Positions 46,605 to 55,888 of a DNA stretch of 64,000 bases are shown here, piece by piece; within the stretch, counting starts at the first letter, position 1; each line of letters opens with the position of its first letter. The notes below the pieces were generated by a model that saw nothing but the letters and a program-made list of their open reading frames with translations, was not told where the DNA came from and did not search any database. Made by a program: the position numbers and the translations under genes. This DNA comes from a virus. Location of the stretch: the IMG/VR virus record IMGVR_UViG_3300037246_000990, positions 55,600 through 119,599 of that record. One strand, written 5' to 3'.

Positions 46605-47485
46605 TATCCTGCTCCCGCTTCAAGTGCATTAAGGTGACACCATTCAATCAATGTAGAGTTAGCTTTTCTCACCCCACCAGTTTCAGTTGTTGTCAGATCC
46701 CACGCAACTACCCTTACCACTACGGATGAACCAGAGTCTGGGTGCTCCACAGGGAACGGTCCTATGTTTAAGGAGTTGTAGTTTTCTCCGAACGTGAGGC
46801 GCTCATACTCAGTATCGCTTATCAAGCTACCTTGACTATCATAGACAGCCACCCATACCGAGGCTTGTATCTTTCCATCACCAATGAAAGCACATGCAGG
46901 GTCTGCGTACCCTGTTAGAAAGCCCCATACCATGCTAGTACCACCGGGATTAAGCGGTGTGTATTGCAAGTCCGTTCCCAATCCACCCAGGATTGTGTGC
47001 GCTGTGTTTACTTCTAACGTAGTGTAGAAGCTCTCAGCACTATGCGCCCTTATCTCAAATAGTTGAGGGTCGACAGTTAGTACTTCTGAAAACGGGGTAG
47101 TTGTACCGTCTCGTCTAACTCCGCGCACTCTAATATATCTTGCTGACTGTAATCCTTCAAGCACAATGTCTTGTCCAAACGTAGTAACTGTAGTGAATGT
47201 TGAGAAATTACTGAACGTCGATACGTGCGCCTCGTAGAAATTAATCCTTTGATCGGGCAGCGCAGGCCAAGTAATAATTGCACCTTGTATCGATTCACTA
47301 GAGGTTAGCTGGGGAATCGGTAGGCTCTGATCCGGTTTGCGTTTCAGCAGCCTAAGCGACTCGTCTAAGCTAGTCATCTCTTTCATATTCTGTAAGTCCG
47401 CAAACGCTCGATCCAGCTCCTGGCGTTGGGATTTGGTCAGGTTCGTGAAGAACTTTGAGAAGCTACCTAAGAACTCTCCAGCCAT
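46604..47485 (-). CDS. FN3-containing tail protein
   Basis: ITWPAL..FYE..YIRVRGV..PFS. Confidence 0.65.
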   Translation of the reverse strand: MAGEFLGSFSKFFTNLTKSQRQELDRAFADLQNMKEMTSLDESLRLLKRKPDQSLPIPQLTSSESIQGAIITWPALPDQRINFYEAHVSTFSNFSTFTTVTTFGQDIVLEGLQSARYIRVRGVRRDGTTTPFSEVLTVDPQLFEIRAHSAESFYTTLEVNTAHTILGGLGTDLQYTPLNPGGTSMVWGFLTGYADPACAFIGDGKIQASVWVAVYDSQGSLISDTEYERLTFGENYNSLNIGPFPVEHPDSGSSVVVRVVAWDLTTTETGGVRKANSTLIEWCHLNALEAGAG

Positions 47486-48531
47486 TACGTCACCAATGAT
47501 TCAAAGATATTAAAGTTCTTGACTTTCACGATGGCATCGCTTTCGTATTGGAACTTAGTTCGGAAGTCAATTGGATAGAATGCATTGGCTCTGTTAGGAG
47601 CAGACATGACCCTTCCTTCAAGTCGTAACCCGTAGTCACCCCCCTGCATTGTTGAGAACTTCTGTACGAAGGTTCCTCTCCTCGGGCACTCCCACGCTCC
47701 CGGTGAGATTAGAGGCGAATAGAACTCTTCAACACCAACACTAAAGGCATAGAAGCCAGATACTCCGAAGTTGCTGTTAGTAGCATACGCGGTAGCAAAG
47801 AACTGTCGACCCTTTTGTACGTAGTCGGAGTCTTCCCCTGTCGCTCCTACGTTCTCCATCCATCTGAACTCGCAATCTGTCCACTCTACATTTCCCTGAT
47901 TCTCTTTCGCAGTAGAGAAAGACCAATCTCTCGCTACCTTCACTTCAAAGTCAATAGCGTAGTATGCCTTCCCTCCAATCGCTGTGTAGTCTCTATCAAA
48001 GATAGGGGTCCACGGATTGTTGTTCTTGGCCGATACCCTAGTGGCTGACTCACTGCCGTCATAGAGTCCATACGATTGAGAGTACGGAGTAGATACATCG
48101 AGCGCATCAGACCAAGGCCCTACCTCTCCGTTCTTAGTGACTATCCTGATCCTTAGGAAGTACTGTACCCCTTCATCTAAACCCGGCCAGATGTACGTAG
48201 TCTCGGGTGACTGGAACTGGTCGAAGTTGTAGAACCCTTCTGTCGCACTGAGCTGATACTCATAGAACAAGAGGTTCTTGATCCCTCTAGGAGTCTCAAA
48301 ACTCACCCTGATTTCTTTGAACGATACCGCAGTCGTGATATCCTGCGGTACGATCTTAGGCACGAACTCAGAAAACGTACGTTGAGGCGACTGCTGCACC
48401 TGAGCGGCTAAGGATATACCCACGGCCTGCTCAAGATGACCAAGGAACAACTTGAGTTGAGACACCCTGCCAGCAGGCCATTTCCGAAGCCGTACTTCGG
48501 TCTGAGTAACGAGGGACTGTACGCGACCCAT
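47485..48531 (-). CDS. FN3-containing tail protein
   Basis: VSFETP..FYEYQ..GLDEGVQYFLRIRIV..GPWS. Confidence 0.65.
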   Translation of the reverse strand: MGRVQSLVTQTEVRLRKWPAGRVSQLKLFLGHLEQAVGISLAAQVQQSPQRTFSEFVPKIVPQDITTAVSFKEIRVSFETPRGIKNLLFYEYQLSATEGFYNFDQFQSPETTYIWPGLDEGVQYFLRIRIVTKNGEVGPWSDALDVSTPYSQSYGLYDGSESATRVSAKNNNPWTPIFDRDYTAIGGKAYYAIDFEVKVARDWSFSTAKENQGNVEWTDCEFRWMENVGATGEDSDYVQKGRQFFATAYATNSNFGVSGFYAFSVGVEEFYSPLISPGAWECPRRGTFVQKFSTMQGGDYGLRLEGRVMSAPNRANAFYPIDFRTKFQYESDAIVKVKNFNIFESLVT

Positions 48532-51107
48532 TATGCTATCGTATTGTCGATGCCGGTGTCTATGAAGTTTGCTGGCTGTGTCTTGTAGTAGAACCTGGCG
48601 CCCAAGATCTTCGTATAGACATCTGCTTGAGCGTTTCGGAACGTAAGCCTGACGTACTCCTCAGGCGTAGACCCGGCCGAAGGCACCCTCATTCTACGTA
48701 TCCCGTCGTTGAGCCCAAACTGCAACGACACCGCAGAGCTGGAAGTAGCTAGGGTCTGTGTGATACCCTTAGCCATCTCCACTGTAGCTGTCCATGTACA
48801 AGCGTCGTCGCTCCCAATCCTCATCTCTATTGTGTGCGGGTGCATCCGGCCTGTAGCCTGGAATACATCAGCACCCAACCCACCAGCCCTTAGGTAGTGG
48901 GTCCGGATCATGGTATCGATGGGGTACTCAACTCCAGTCGCGTCCACCCAGTTCTTGGAGGAGTCGTTGAACAGCCTGTAAATCATCCCGTCTGCCCCGC
49001 CTGCCAGGATTTGGAACTGTCCATTAGCGTCTTCGATCTCACACGCATCCTGGAAGTTCAAGTTAGCAGCAGGAGGAGTGACGATCTCCGACCAATACCC
49101 CACCTCAACAGAGTCAATCGGGTACTGGTAGCAGAAGATTGAGGAGTAACCCCCTGAAGCATCCGGGTTGAACTGAAGGATCATGTTCTTAGCTCTACTG
49201 TGGACCGTGTGTATCAGCTCGATGTTGGCCTTGTTCACGTCGCTGGAATCGTACTTGTCCCGGATAGGCTCACTGATCTTCTGGGTCTCACTGAGGTCGA
49301 AGAGCCTCAGCCCGTCACGGTCAACTGAGTAACCGATCAGGCGAGCATTCCCAGCAGCCCTCCGACCCACACAGCCCATGCCGTGTACGATCTTGTCGAA
49401 GGAGAAGTCAGGGTTGTCGCCGATGAGCTGCCACTTACCAGTCTCAGTCTCAATCACCGCCCCTGCGTAGGTCTCATAGATGGCCGTGATCTTGGCGTCC
49501 ATGTCCAGGGCGTTGATGAGCGGGAAGCTTTCAGGCTCGGCGTCCTCAGAGTAGTACAGGGTGTATGGGTTCTGGGGGTCACCGGCCATCAGGATTGTTT
49601 TCTTCCACGCGTACACGATGGAGCATCGCGGGGGTACGGAGTTATCGTCTGCGTAGTCCCCTGCCTGCGGCGCGGTCTCATTGCCGAGGCTACCGTCCGC
49701 AACGATGTCCTTGTAGGTGGTGGTGGTGTTGTCGAGGATCTCGTCAAGGTACAGCCAGACCGATCCATTGCCTACTGTTCGGTAGATCCGTCGCGTTGTG
49801 ACTTGCGTATCCAGCGAAACCGGGACCCGAGTGAGGTCAATTTGGAGGTGATGATCGGCGGCCACAGATACAGAAGCAGGACCAGCATTACTAAGATGAC
49901 CATACTTAGAAACGTAAACAATCTTATAGCTGTAGACGCCAGTGAGTTCACCCTCGCCCTCCCCTGAGGGCGTCGCAACGGGCGCACCCTCGTCGGCCTT
50001 CTGGTATTTGTCAATCCGAAGCCCGCTGGTGACCGTCTGGGCTGTTGAGAGATAGAACTCAAAACGCGTTCTTCGTATCGTCTGGTCCTCTGGGTAGAAG
50101 TATCCTGTTTGTTGTCCGACCGGGGAGTTGAATTGACCACTACCCGGTGCCCCTGATGCAAAGTCGAGCCTTATTTTGTTCCATCCTTCTCTAATCACTC
50201 CGTTTGTGAAGTCGAATTGCCAGTTGTTGTTGGCCGTGGTATCACTGTCCGGACTGACGTACACAGACAACACAGGGCCTGCTGTCTTGAAGCCCTGGTT
50301 GGTCGGAAAGGTCAGTGACTTGGTCAGTGAGCCACGGGGGAAGTATGTGAAGAACGATACTCGGTTCCGGATCGCTTCTGGATTCTCTCGGGCGTCTCCT
50401 TGGGCATAGAACCCAGAGTCAGCGTGTGCTTTCTCAAAGGAGAACACGTCTGATGCGTAGAAGGCGGAAGAACCGATGGGGGGCCCGCTCTGTCCTGCGG
50501 CGTCAATCCGCACAGCCGATCCGTCCCAGGTAACATGCCCTGTGGTGCCGCTGGCTTGATCGGATAGCTCACAGAGGTGGGGTGCCCAAGCGGAAGCGTC
50601 ATCGAACTCCTCGACGACCGTAATCTCAGCACCCGGGGGGGCTACACCCCATTTGGTGAACACAGCGCCGTCGTACTTGACGAGGTCATCGCCTACACCC
50701 ACCTTATCGGGGTCGTAGTTAGTGACGAACATGAATCTGTCGAGGAAGGTTGAGTGGTGGTATAGGTCAGCTGTCCTACCTGTGAGGAGCGGGGTTATCG
50801 CACCGTTCTCGACTCGGCCAAGTATGGTACCTGCTGCCGTCATTGTCTGGCGTAGGATGGTACCGTCAAGGTCAGCCGACTTGAAGAACTCAACCCATGT
50901 AACCTTCTTGGTCGAGCCCCTTTCAGTGTAGGGGGTGTTTAAGACTCTAGAGCTACCACGTATCTTAGAAATAGCACCGTACTCTTCGAAGAAGTCACAG
51001 TTCTGAGCAATCGAAAGCTGCTCAGCCTGCAAGACTTCGGGGGTGCTCTTCGTGTAGAGCCCTTGAAATCCTTTGATGTCAAGGTACGGGATATGCTCTC
51101 TACCCAT
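48531..51107 (-). CDS. Tail nozzle / head-stabilisation protein (P22 gp10-like, putative)
   Basis: N-terminal GFQGL..AQNCDF, beta-rich, YYSE..PESF and KISEPI; follows the adaptor gene. Confidence 0.65.
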   Translation of the reverse strand: MGREHIPYLDIKGFQGLYTKSTPEVLQAEQLSIAQNCDFFEEYGAISKIRGSSRVLNTPYTERGSTKKVTWVEFFKSADLDGTILRQTMTAAGTILGRVENGAITPLLTGRTADLYHHSTFLDRFMFVTNYDPDKVGVGDDLVKYDGAVFTKWGVAPPGAEITVVEEFDDASAWAPHLCELSDQASGTTGHVTWDGSAVRIDAAGQSGPPIGSSAFYASDVFSFEKAHADSGFYAQGDARENPEAIRNRVSFFTYFPRGSLTKSLTFPTNQGFKTAGPVLSVYVSPDSDTTANNNWQFDFTNGVIREGWNKIRLDFASGAPGSGQFNSPVGQQTGYFYPEDQTIRRTRFEFYLSTAQTVTSGLRIDKYQKADEGAPVATPSGEGEGELTGVYSYKIVYVSKYGHLSNAGPASVSVAADHHLQIDLTRVPVSLDTQVTTRRIYRTVGNGSVWLYLDEILDNTTTTYKDIVADGSLGNETAPQAGDYADDNSVPPRCSIVYAWKKTILMAGDPQNPYTLYYSEDAEPESFPLINALDMDAKITAIYETYAGAVIETETGKWQLIGDNPDFSFDKIVHGMGCVGRRAAGNARLIGYSVDRDGLRLFDLSETQKISEPIRDKYDSSDVNKANIELIHTVHSRAKNMILQFNPDASGGYSSIFCYQYPIDSVEVGYWSEIVTPPAANLNFQDACEIEDANGQFQILAGGADGMIYRLFNDSSKNWVDATGVEYPIDTMIRTHYLRAGGLGADVFQATGRMHPHTIEMRIGSDDACTWTATVEMAKGITQTLATSSSAVSLQFGLNDGIRRMRVPSAGSTPEEYVRLTFRNAQADVYTKILGARFYYKTQPANFIDTGIDNTIA

Positions 51108-51796
51108 TATGCGTCTCGATATGGACCGCGGAAGGGGGTGACGCTGTTAGAGGAAATCATTCGGTTGTCGATAAACCGCTCCCAGTCCAGTTCCCATTCA
51201 GCACGCAGTCTAAGTAAACTCCTGACCCTGCCCTCTTCCTGCGTCTGCTCTTGGTCGAACAGAGCTACCGCAGCGTCCAGCACTAGGATCTCATCCATCA
51301 TAGTGGGGAAGTCAGAGTGGAGTTGATCGTCGCTTTCTGTCAATTCGGTAGGTGTGACGCAGTACTCCATCCGGATCTGTCCCTTCACCCCTGTTACGGG
51401 GGCGGGCTCAAGGACAAAGCCACTGCCGATTGATCTGTATGCGGGGAGGTAGGAGTCTCCGCTACCCGCGGGTGCGGGTTTCGAACCGTAGTGTCTTTCT
51501 TGTCGCTGAACAGGCACGGTCGTGCCGTTTGAACGGACTAGCTCCAGCTTGAAGAGGCGTTCAAAGTTCGTGGGCCACGCGTACCGTTCTTGTAGAGAGA
51601 CTGTGTCTCGGGTAGCCACTACTGTAAAGTAGCCTTCGTACGCCATGATCAGTTGCGCGCACCGCCTTCGGTAGCATGAGTTGAATATTTGCTTGACTAG
51701 GTCTTCGCTCCAATAGCTAGTGGATGCTTGCTCCTCGCCGACGTATCTACGAACCCTGATAATAAAGTTCCCCAGGGTTCCGGTAAGCTGTGCCAT
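51107..51796 (-). CDS. Head-tail adaptor (putative)
   Basis: TLGNFIIRVRRY..WSEDLV..FN, ERYAWP and LEPAP motifs, typical of podovirus adaptors. Confidence 0.65.
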   Translation of the reverse strand: MAQLTGTLGNFIIRVRRYVGEEQASTSYWSEDLVKQIFNSCYRRRCAQLIMAYEGYFTVVATRDTVSLQERYAWPTNFERLFKLELVRSNGTTVPVQRQERHYGSKPAPAGSGDSYLPAYRSIGSGFVLEPAPVTGVKGQIRMEYCVTPTELTESDDQLHSDFPTMMDEILVLDAAVALFDQEQTQEEGRVRSLLRLRAEWELDWERFIDNRMISSNSVTPFRGPYRDA

Positions 51797-51818
51797 ACTT
51801 GGTCTCCTTATTTAGGAG

Positions 51819-52499
51819 TCAGAGATCTTCGATTCCTTTCAGCCCAACGTCCGCGTCTTCAAGAGGACGGCTCAACCTTGACCTGTTTTTCTGACCCGAA
51901 TAGCTAATAATGGTCTCTTTTTGGGGGTTAGTAGGTGCTGTGACTCCCCTTGCCATATTATCCCTAGCGTTTCGAGTCAACCATGAGTTTTCTTCTTGCA
52001 CAGCTTCGAACATCTCTTGATGTGCGTCCTGTGCTTTGACCTGTGCTTCTTCACTTTCGAAGCTTGTGTTCCGATTCCAGGCGATGTCTCCGTAACGGTC
52101 ACGGAACCGGGCTTGGATACTTAGTCTGTCAACTATCAGCTTGAGGTACTCTCCTTCCTTGGATTCTACTCTTACCACATGTGCCCATCCGTGGGGCTCA
52201 CAGAGCCTCCACACATGCCACGCACACTCGGGGAGTGGGGCTCCGACACCATCTGTGGTGACAAAGCCCCATACCTCTTGGCCGTGCTCCCGGTGGATGG
52301 TAAAACGTGGATCTTCTAGTTCGCCCTCGTACTGGTTCATCATGTCATCCCAGATTGTAGCAAAGGGGTGGTACACGATGTACAGTCTCTCATCGATTGA
52401 TTTCAAATCATTCATGAACCAAGAAGGTAAGTCCTTCCCAGGCATGCATTCTTTGTATTCCGAGTTACTGGGTCGTAGCGTACTAGGTAGTTTCATCAT
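51819..52499 (-). CDS. Hypothetical protein in the virion module
   Basis: 226-aa ORF with RBS. Confidence 0.6.
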   Translation of the reverse strand: MMKLPSTLRPSNSEYKECMPGKDLPSWFMNDLKSIDERLYIVYHPFATIWDDMMNQYEGELEDPRFTIHREHGQEVWGFVTTDGVGAPLPECAWHVWRLCEPHGWAHVVRVESKEGEYLKLIVDRLSIQARFRDRYGDIAWNRNTSFESEEAQVKAQDAHQEMFEAVQEENSWLTRNARDNMARGVTAPTNPQKETIISYSGQKNRSRLSRPLEDADVGLKGIEDL

Positions 52500-52526
52500 C
52501 CTCTCCCCGGGATTATGTTGCGTTTC

Positions 52527-52805
52527 TTAGAATCCGATTACAATCAGAGTCTGGGTTGTCACCGCCGGATCATAGAGCGTAATGGTTTTCTGAGTGGCAG
52601 ATGTAGCTGCCGCATTAACCACGGCCGATTGATTCTGAGTTGTGCTACCAGCATCAGTGCCAGGAAACATGAACGCAGCGATAGGCTGAGCCAGTCTGCT
52701 CACGTACGTTTCTCCGTCACTAACTGAGGTCAAACGCACAACTTCGATCTTGAAAGGACCGAGAGCGGCGATAATCGCCTTGTCAGGGTATGCTACTGTA
52801 GTCAT
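52527..52805 (-). CDS. Small beta-rich virion/decoration-like protein
   Basis: T/A-rich; AAGGAG RBS. Confidence 0.6.
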   Translation of the reverse strand: MTTVAYPDKAIIAALGPFKIEVVRLTSVSDGETYVSRLAQPIAAFMFPGTDAGSTTQNQSAVVNAAATSATQKTITLYDPAVTTQTLIVIGF

Positions 52806-52930
52806 TATTTACTCCTTTTCTTAAACTCATCCTGCCTCTTTTTGCGGCACACTTCACAGTACTTCGGAGCACGACCCGCGAGTCGCTTCCTTTTGATCGG
52901 CATGCCACAATCAGCGCAGCGTAGAGTCAC
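52805..52930 (-). CDS. 41-aa CxxC..CxxC microprotein
   Basis: Manual translation MTLRCADCGMPIKRKRLAGRAPKYCEVCRKK..; TAATG coupling; weak RBS. Confidence 0.45.
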   Translation of the reverse strand: MTLRCADCGMPIKRKRLAGRAPKYCEVCRKKRQDEFKKRSK

Positions 52931-52935
52931 TTAGT

Positions 52936-53370
52936 TTATGTCAGGTCCGCGTTGTGCGCGTCACCAACTGCCAGCCACCTGAGATCCAACGTGTCGCCGT
53001 CTGTAGGCGCAGCCGATCCGCCGCCAGCGTCGACACCGATGGTTTCCAATCCAAAGATTAGATCACTACCAGTGTCAAGCTGAAAGGTTCTAACGATATC
53101 TTTAGTCGCAACAGCGCCGCTGGTTTTATAAAGCGTCAGTTCAACAAAGTCGAGGGTTTCGAGACCAAACACTGTCTTAGTGAATGTCGCGCCTTGCCCT
53201 AGTGAACCTGTTGCGCTATCCGGGTTAATACCTGTACTCACGTAAGTACAAGTGATCTTTCCCCAAGTTACAATCTTGTTCTGGACTTGCTTACCAGTAC
53301 GGGTGTTACCTCCACCAGGCAGCAAGAAGCGGCCCAAACACTGGACGTTTGTAATATCTCCACTAGCCAT
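52936..53370 (-). CDS. Decoration-like virion protein, MAxGDIT triplet member
   Basis: MASGDIT..GKITCTY..FGLETLDFV..LAVGDAHNADLT. Confidence 0.65.
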   Translation of the reverse strand: MASGDITNVQCLGRFLLPGGGNTRTGKQVQNKIVTWGKITCTYVSTGINPDSATGSLGQGATFTKTVFGLETLDFVELTLYKTSGAVATKDIVRTFQLDTGSDLIFGLETIGVDAGGGSAAPTDGDTLDLRWLAVGDAHNADLT

Positions 53371-53381
53371 CTTTTATCTCC

Positions 53382-53780
53382 TTATGTGAGTTCCGGTGCG
53401 TCAGCATCATCGCCACACGCTAGAAAACTAATAACAATTGTTGCACCTACGTCCGGGTTTGCTGGTGTCCCTGCACCTTCGTCTGCTACAATGAAGATCT
53501 TCTGATTGGTCACGTCGTAGTTCGCAATCTGAAGCGCTTCAGCATCAGGGTACGTGGTATTTATTCGGATCATTTGCAGCTTCACAAAGTCAAGTTTGTC
53601 AACCCCAAAAGCATTAGGACCACCAAGCTTGTTCACTGCGATGCCTGCATCAAGGTAGGTCGCTGTAATCTCACCAACAACGAATCTCTTGGTGTTCTTC
53701 TTAGTACCGTTTTCATCTTGCCCACCGCCGAGCGATTGGCTGTACAGTACCTTTACTGCTGTAATGTCACCATTAGCCAT
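53382..53780 (-). CDS. Decoration-like virion protein, MAxGDIT triplet member
   Basis: MANGDIT..GEITATY..FGVDKLDFV..LACGDDADAPELT. Confidence 0.65.
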   Translation of the reverse strand: MANGDITAVKVLYSQSLGGGQDENGTKKNTKRFVVGEITATYLDAGIAVNKLGGPNAFGVDKLDFVKLQMIRINTTYPDAEALQIANYDVTNQKIFIVADEGAGTPANPDVGATIVISFLACGDDADAPELT

Positions 53781-53791
53781 TGTTTACTCCT

Positions 53792-54208
53792 TTACACCAG
53801 TTCCGGTGCGGTTGCGTCTTCACCAATTACGAGGAAGTCGATAGTAACAGACTCAGCATCCGACGGTTCTGCCGGAGGATCTTGGCCAACCTCATCAGCA
53901 ACAAAGATTCTGCCGGGAGTAGTAAGTAGTTCCAAGTCTGCCAAGAACAACTTGAGGTCAGTAGGAACTGTCGTTGCCGTACTGCCGCAGTACCGAACCG
54001 TGAAAGACCAGAAGTCCGCAACTGAAACACCTAGTGCTCTAAGACCACCACGATCTATAAGAGCCAGCCCTAGTGTGTCATATGTCCCAACGAGGCGACC
54101 CCAAACAAGAACCTTGTTGTTCTTTGCCATACCTTGCAAGTTGTGGCCTGCTCCGGGAATCGCAAAGCGCCCATATTCTGTGATAGTCGTAATATCACCA
54201 TCAGCCAT
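53792..54208 (-). CDS. Decoration-like virion protein, MAxGDIT triplet member
   Basis: MADGDIT..GRLVGTY..LGVSVADFW..LVIGEDATAPELV. Confidence 0.65.
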   Translation of the reverse strand: MADGDITTITEYGRFAIPGAGHNLQGMAKNNKVLVWGRLVGTYDTLGLALIDRGGLRALGVSVADFWSFTVRYCGSTATTVPTDLKLFLADLELLTTPGRIFVADEVGQDPPAEPSDAESVTIDFLVIGEDATAPELV

Positions 54209-54219
54209 TGTATTTCTCC

Positions 54220-54612
54220 TTATTCATCAGCCATCCAATCAGGCTGTTTGATGTTGTGACGACACCGGTCACCGACCGAAGTGTCGCAGCTATCCCAAGA
54301 ACCAAACCCACCTCCGATATACACTCCAATGTAGAGTATGATCGGTGCTAGATTTAGATACGCAGGGAGTAGTTCTCTTGCGTGCTTTCGCAGAGCCTTG
54401 TCAGCCCATCTCTTTTGTGGGTCTGTCATAGAACCTGCTTTATGACATCGTGTGCAGTAGTGCCAGTCATGGACACGTCCTGCTATGCTTAGGTTCCAAC
54501 GCTTGTACATCCAGTCAGGGAAGCCACCAGAAAGGCCGTCATCCCTAAAGTCAGGAGTTTTCTGATCTATTAGCGTAAGGTACCAATCTGTATTCTCGAT
54601 TACTGTACTCAT
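54220..54612 (-). CDS. DUF1353/phospholipase-A2-like HD..Y protein
   Basis: DG.S..HDWHY..WADKAL..YIGV.IGG. Confidence 0.55.
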   Translation of the reverse strand: MSTVIENTDWYLTLIDQKTPDFRDDGLSGGFPDWMYKRWNLSIAGRVHDWHYCTRCHKAGSMTDPQKRWADKALRKHARELLPAYLNLAPIILYIGVYIGGGFGSWDSCDTSVGDRCRHNIKQPDWMADE

Positions 54613-54899
54613 GGTAGGGGTATTACTCCTTTAACAGCGCCTTTCACAAGGCCTTCAGCGATCTCGCCACCTAGGTCTTTAGCGTTATCACTGATTCCTG
54701 TATCTTTTGTGTCGTATATAAGGGTGATTGCACAATCCTTGTCAACGATATAGAGTTCAGTTTCACCAGTACCGAGAACAGTAGATCTAGTCTCAGCACA
54801 TATAGTCCCATCAGAGCGATAGAACCAGTTGTGTGTGGTGGCGCACCCCCCTACCACGAGGGTGAGCCCGATCACACATGTTACAAATATCTTTTCCAT
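54609..54899 (-). CDS. Lipoprotein
   Basis: Signal peptide with lipobox-like LVVGG-C. Confidence 0.6.
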   Translation of the reverse strand: MEKIFVTCVIGLTLVVGGCATTHNWFYRSDGTICAETRSTVLGTGETELYIVDKDCAITLIYDTKDTGISDNAKDLGGEIAEGLVKGAVKGVIPLP

Positions 54900-55202
54900 C
54901 TACTTCGGAGTGTCCAAGGTAGATCTACCTGGGAAGAAGTTGACGCCACCAACGTGGTTGGAGACAACAATGTATTCTGTCCCTACCGTAGCACCGTCGA
55001 TAGCCAGTGTGGCACCATCAGGGTGAACGATGTAGAACTCAGGATCCGTCGCGCCTGAGGCTGTAAGTACAGCCGCATCAACCGCGTTCGGAAGCTCCAA
55101 GTGATCCGAAGTAGAACTCGTAATTTTGACGGTAGACACCAGCACCTGCGTGTCATCCTTCAGATCCACGAATGCTTGTTTGGAGGGAAATAATTGAGCC
55201 AT
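54900..55202 (-). CDS. Decoration-like virion protein (LFPSKQ family)
   Basis: Clearly paralogous to 55214..55516. Confidence 0.65.
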   Translation of the reverse strand: MAQLFPSKQAFVDLKDDTQVLVSTVKITSSTSDHLELPNAVDAAVLTASGATDPEFYIVHPDGATLAIDGATVGTEYIVVSNHVGGVNFFPGRSTLDTPK

Positions 55203-55213
55203 ATTCTTCTCCT

Positions 55214-55516
55214 TTACTTGGGATCGTCAGCGGTTGCACCGCCTGGAGCGAAGTTTACAATACCACTATGCTGGGAGACAACTGTGTACTCCGTGCCAAC
55301 CGAAGCTGCGAGCCACCCAACACATCTATCTCCACCAGCAAGATAGAATGTAGGGTCGCTTGTATCCTTCGCAGGATTCAAATTCACAGCATCAAGGTAT
55401 GTCGGAAGCTCAATGAAGTCATTGGCAACCGTAATAGCAGTAACTTTTGTAACTACCAAGGTCGTTCCGTTTTGAAGATCGATTGCGACTTGTTTAGAGG
55501 GAAATAGCAATGCCAT
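55214..55516 (-). CDS. Decoration-like virion protein (LFPSKQ family)
   Basis: LFPSKQ..ELP..DP.FY..VGTEY.VVS.H.G.VNF.PG shared with 54900..55202. Confidence 0.65.
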   Translation of the reverse strand: MALLFPSKQVAIDLQNGTTLVVTKVTAITVANDFIELPTYLDAVNLNPAKDTSDPTFYLAGGDRCVGWLAASVGTEYTVVSQHSGIVNFAPGGATADDPK

Positions 55517-55529
55517 CGTTTAGCCCTCC

Positions 55530-55856
55530 TTAAAGTACGCCAGTTCCCGAACCCATGCCAGCAGCCGAACCGCTGAAGCGGATGATCAGTTTAACGAGAC
55601 CCGTTGCTATTGCGGACGCGACTACGACTTCTTTAATGACAGCCTCGGCTTCGGTACTGTCAGTATCGTTGGTAATCGTCACTGAGCCGCCGTTGGAAGC
55701 GTCATCAGGGATCTGAGCTGCTGATAGCACGCTATTAGGTACGAAGATATCAGTATCCGTACCAGTAGTGTGCCATACATCACAGATCCAGTAGTGGTTG
55801 CCGTTCCTGTCGTCGACATGTACGACGTTGAGTAGAGCGGTTGTGTCATTAGCCAT
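55530..55856 (-). CDS. Small virion protein, possible distant member of the LFPSKQ family
   Basis: VHVDDRNG ~ VAIDLQNG; DIFVPNSV ~ DHLELPNAV. Confidence 0.55.
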   Translation of the reverse strand: MANDTTALLNVVHVDDRNGNHYWICDVWHTTGTDTDIFVPNSVLSAAQIPDDASNGGSVTITNDTDSTEAEAVIKEVVVASAIATGLVKLIIRFSGSAAGMGSGTGVL

Positions 55857-55888
55857 TTGTAAATCTCCTTACATTTGTTTCATTATTA

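Noticed and set aside
52527-52930. Fusion of the 41-aa zinc finger to the downstream virion protein
   Set aside because: A TAA at 52805-52807 ends the finger ORF; the genes overlap as TAATG in different frames.
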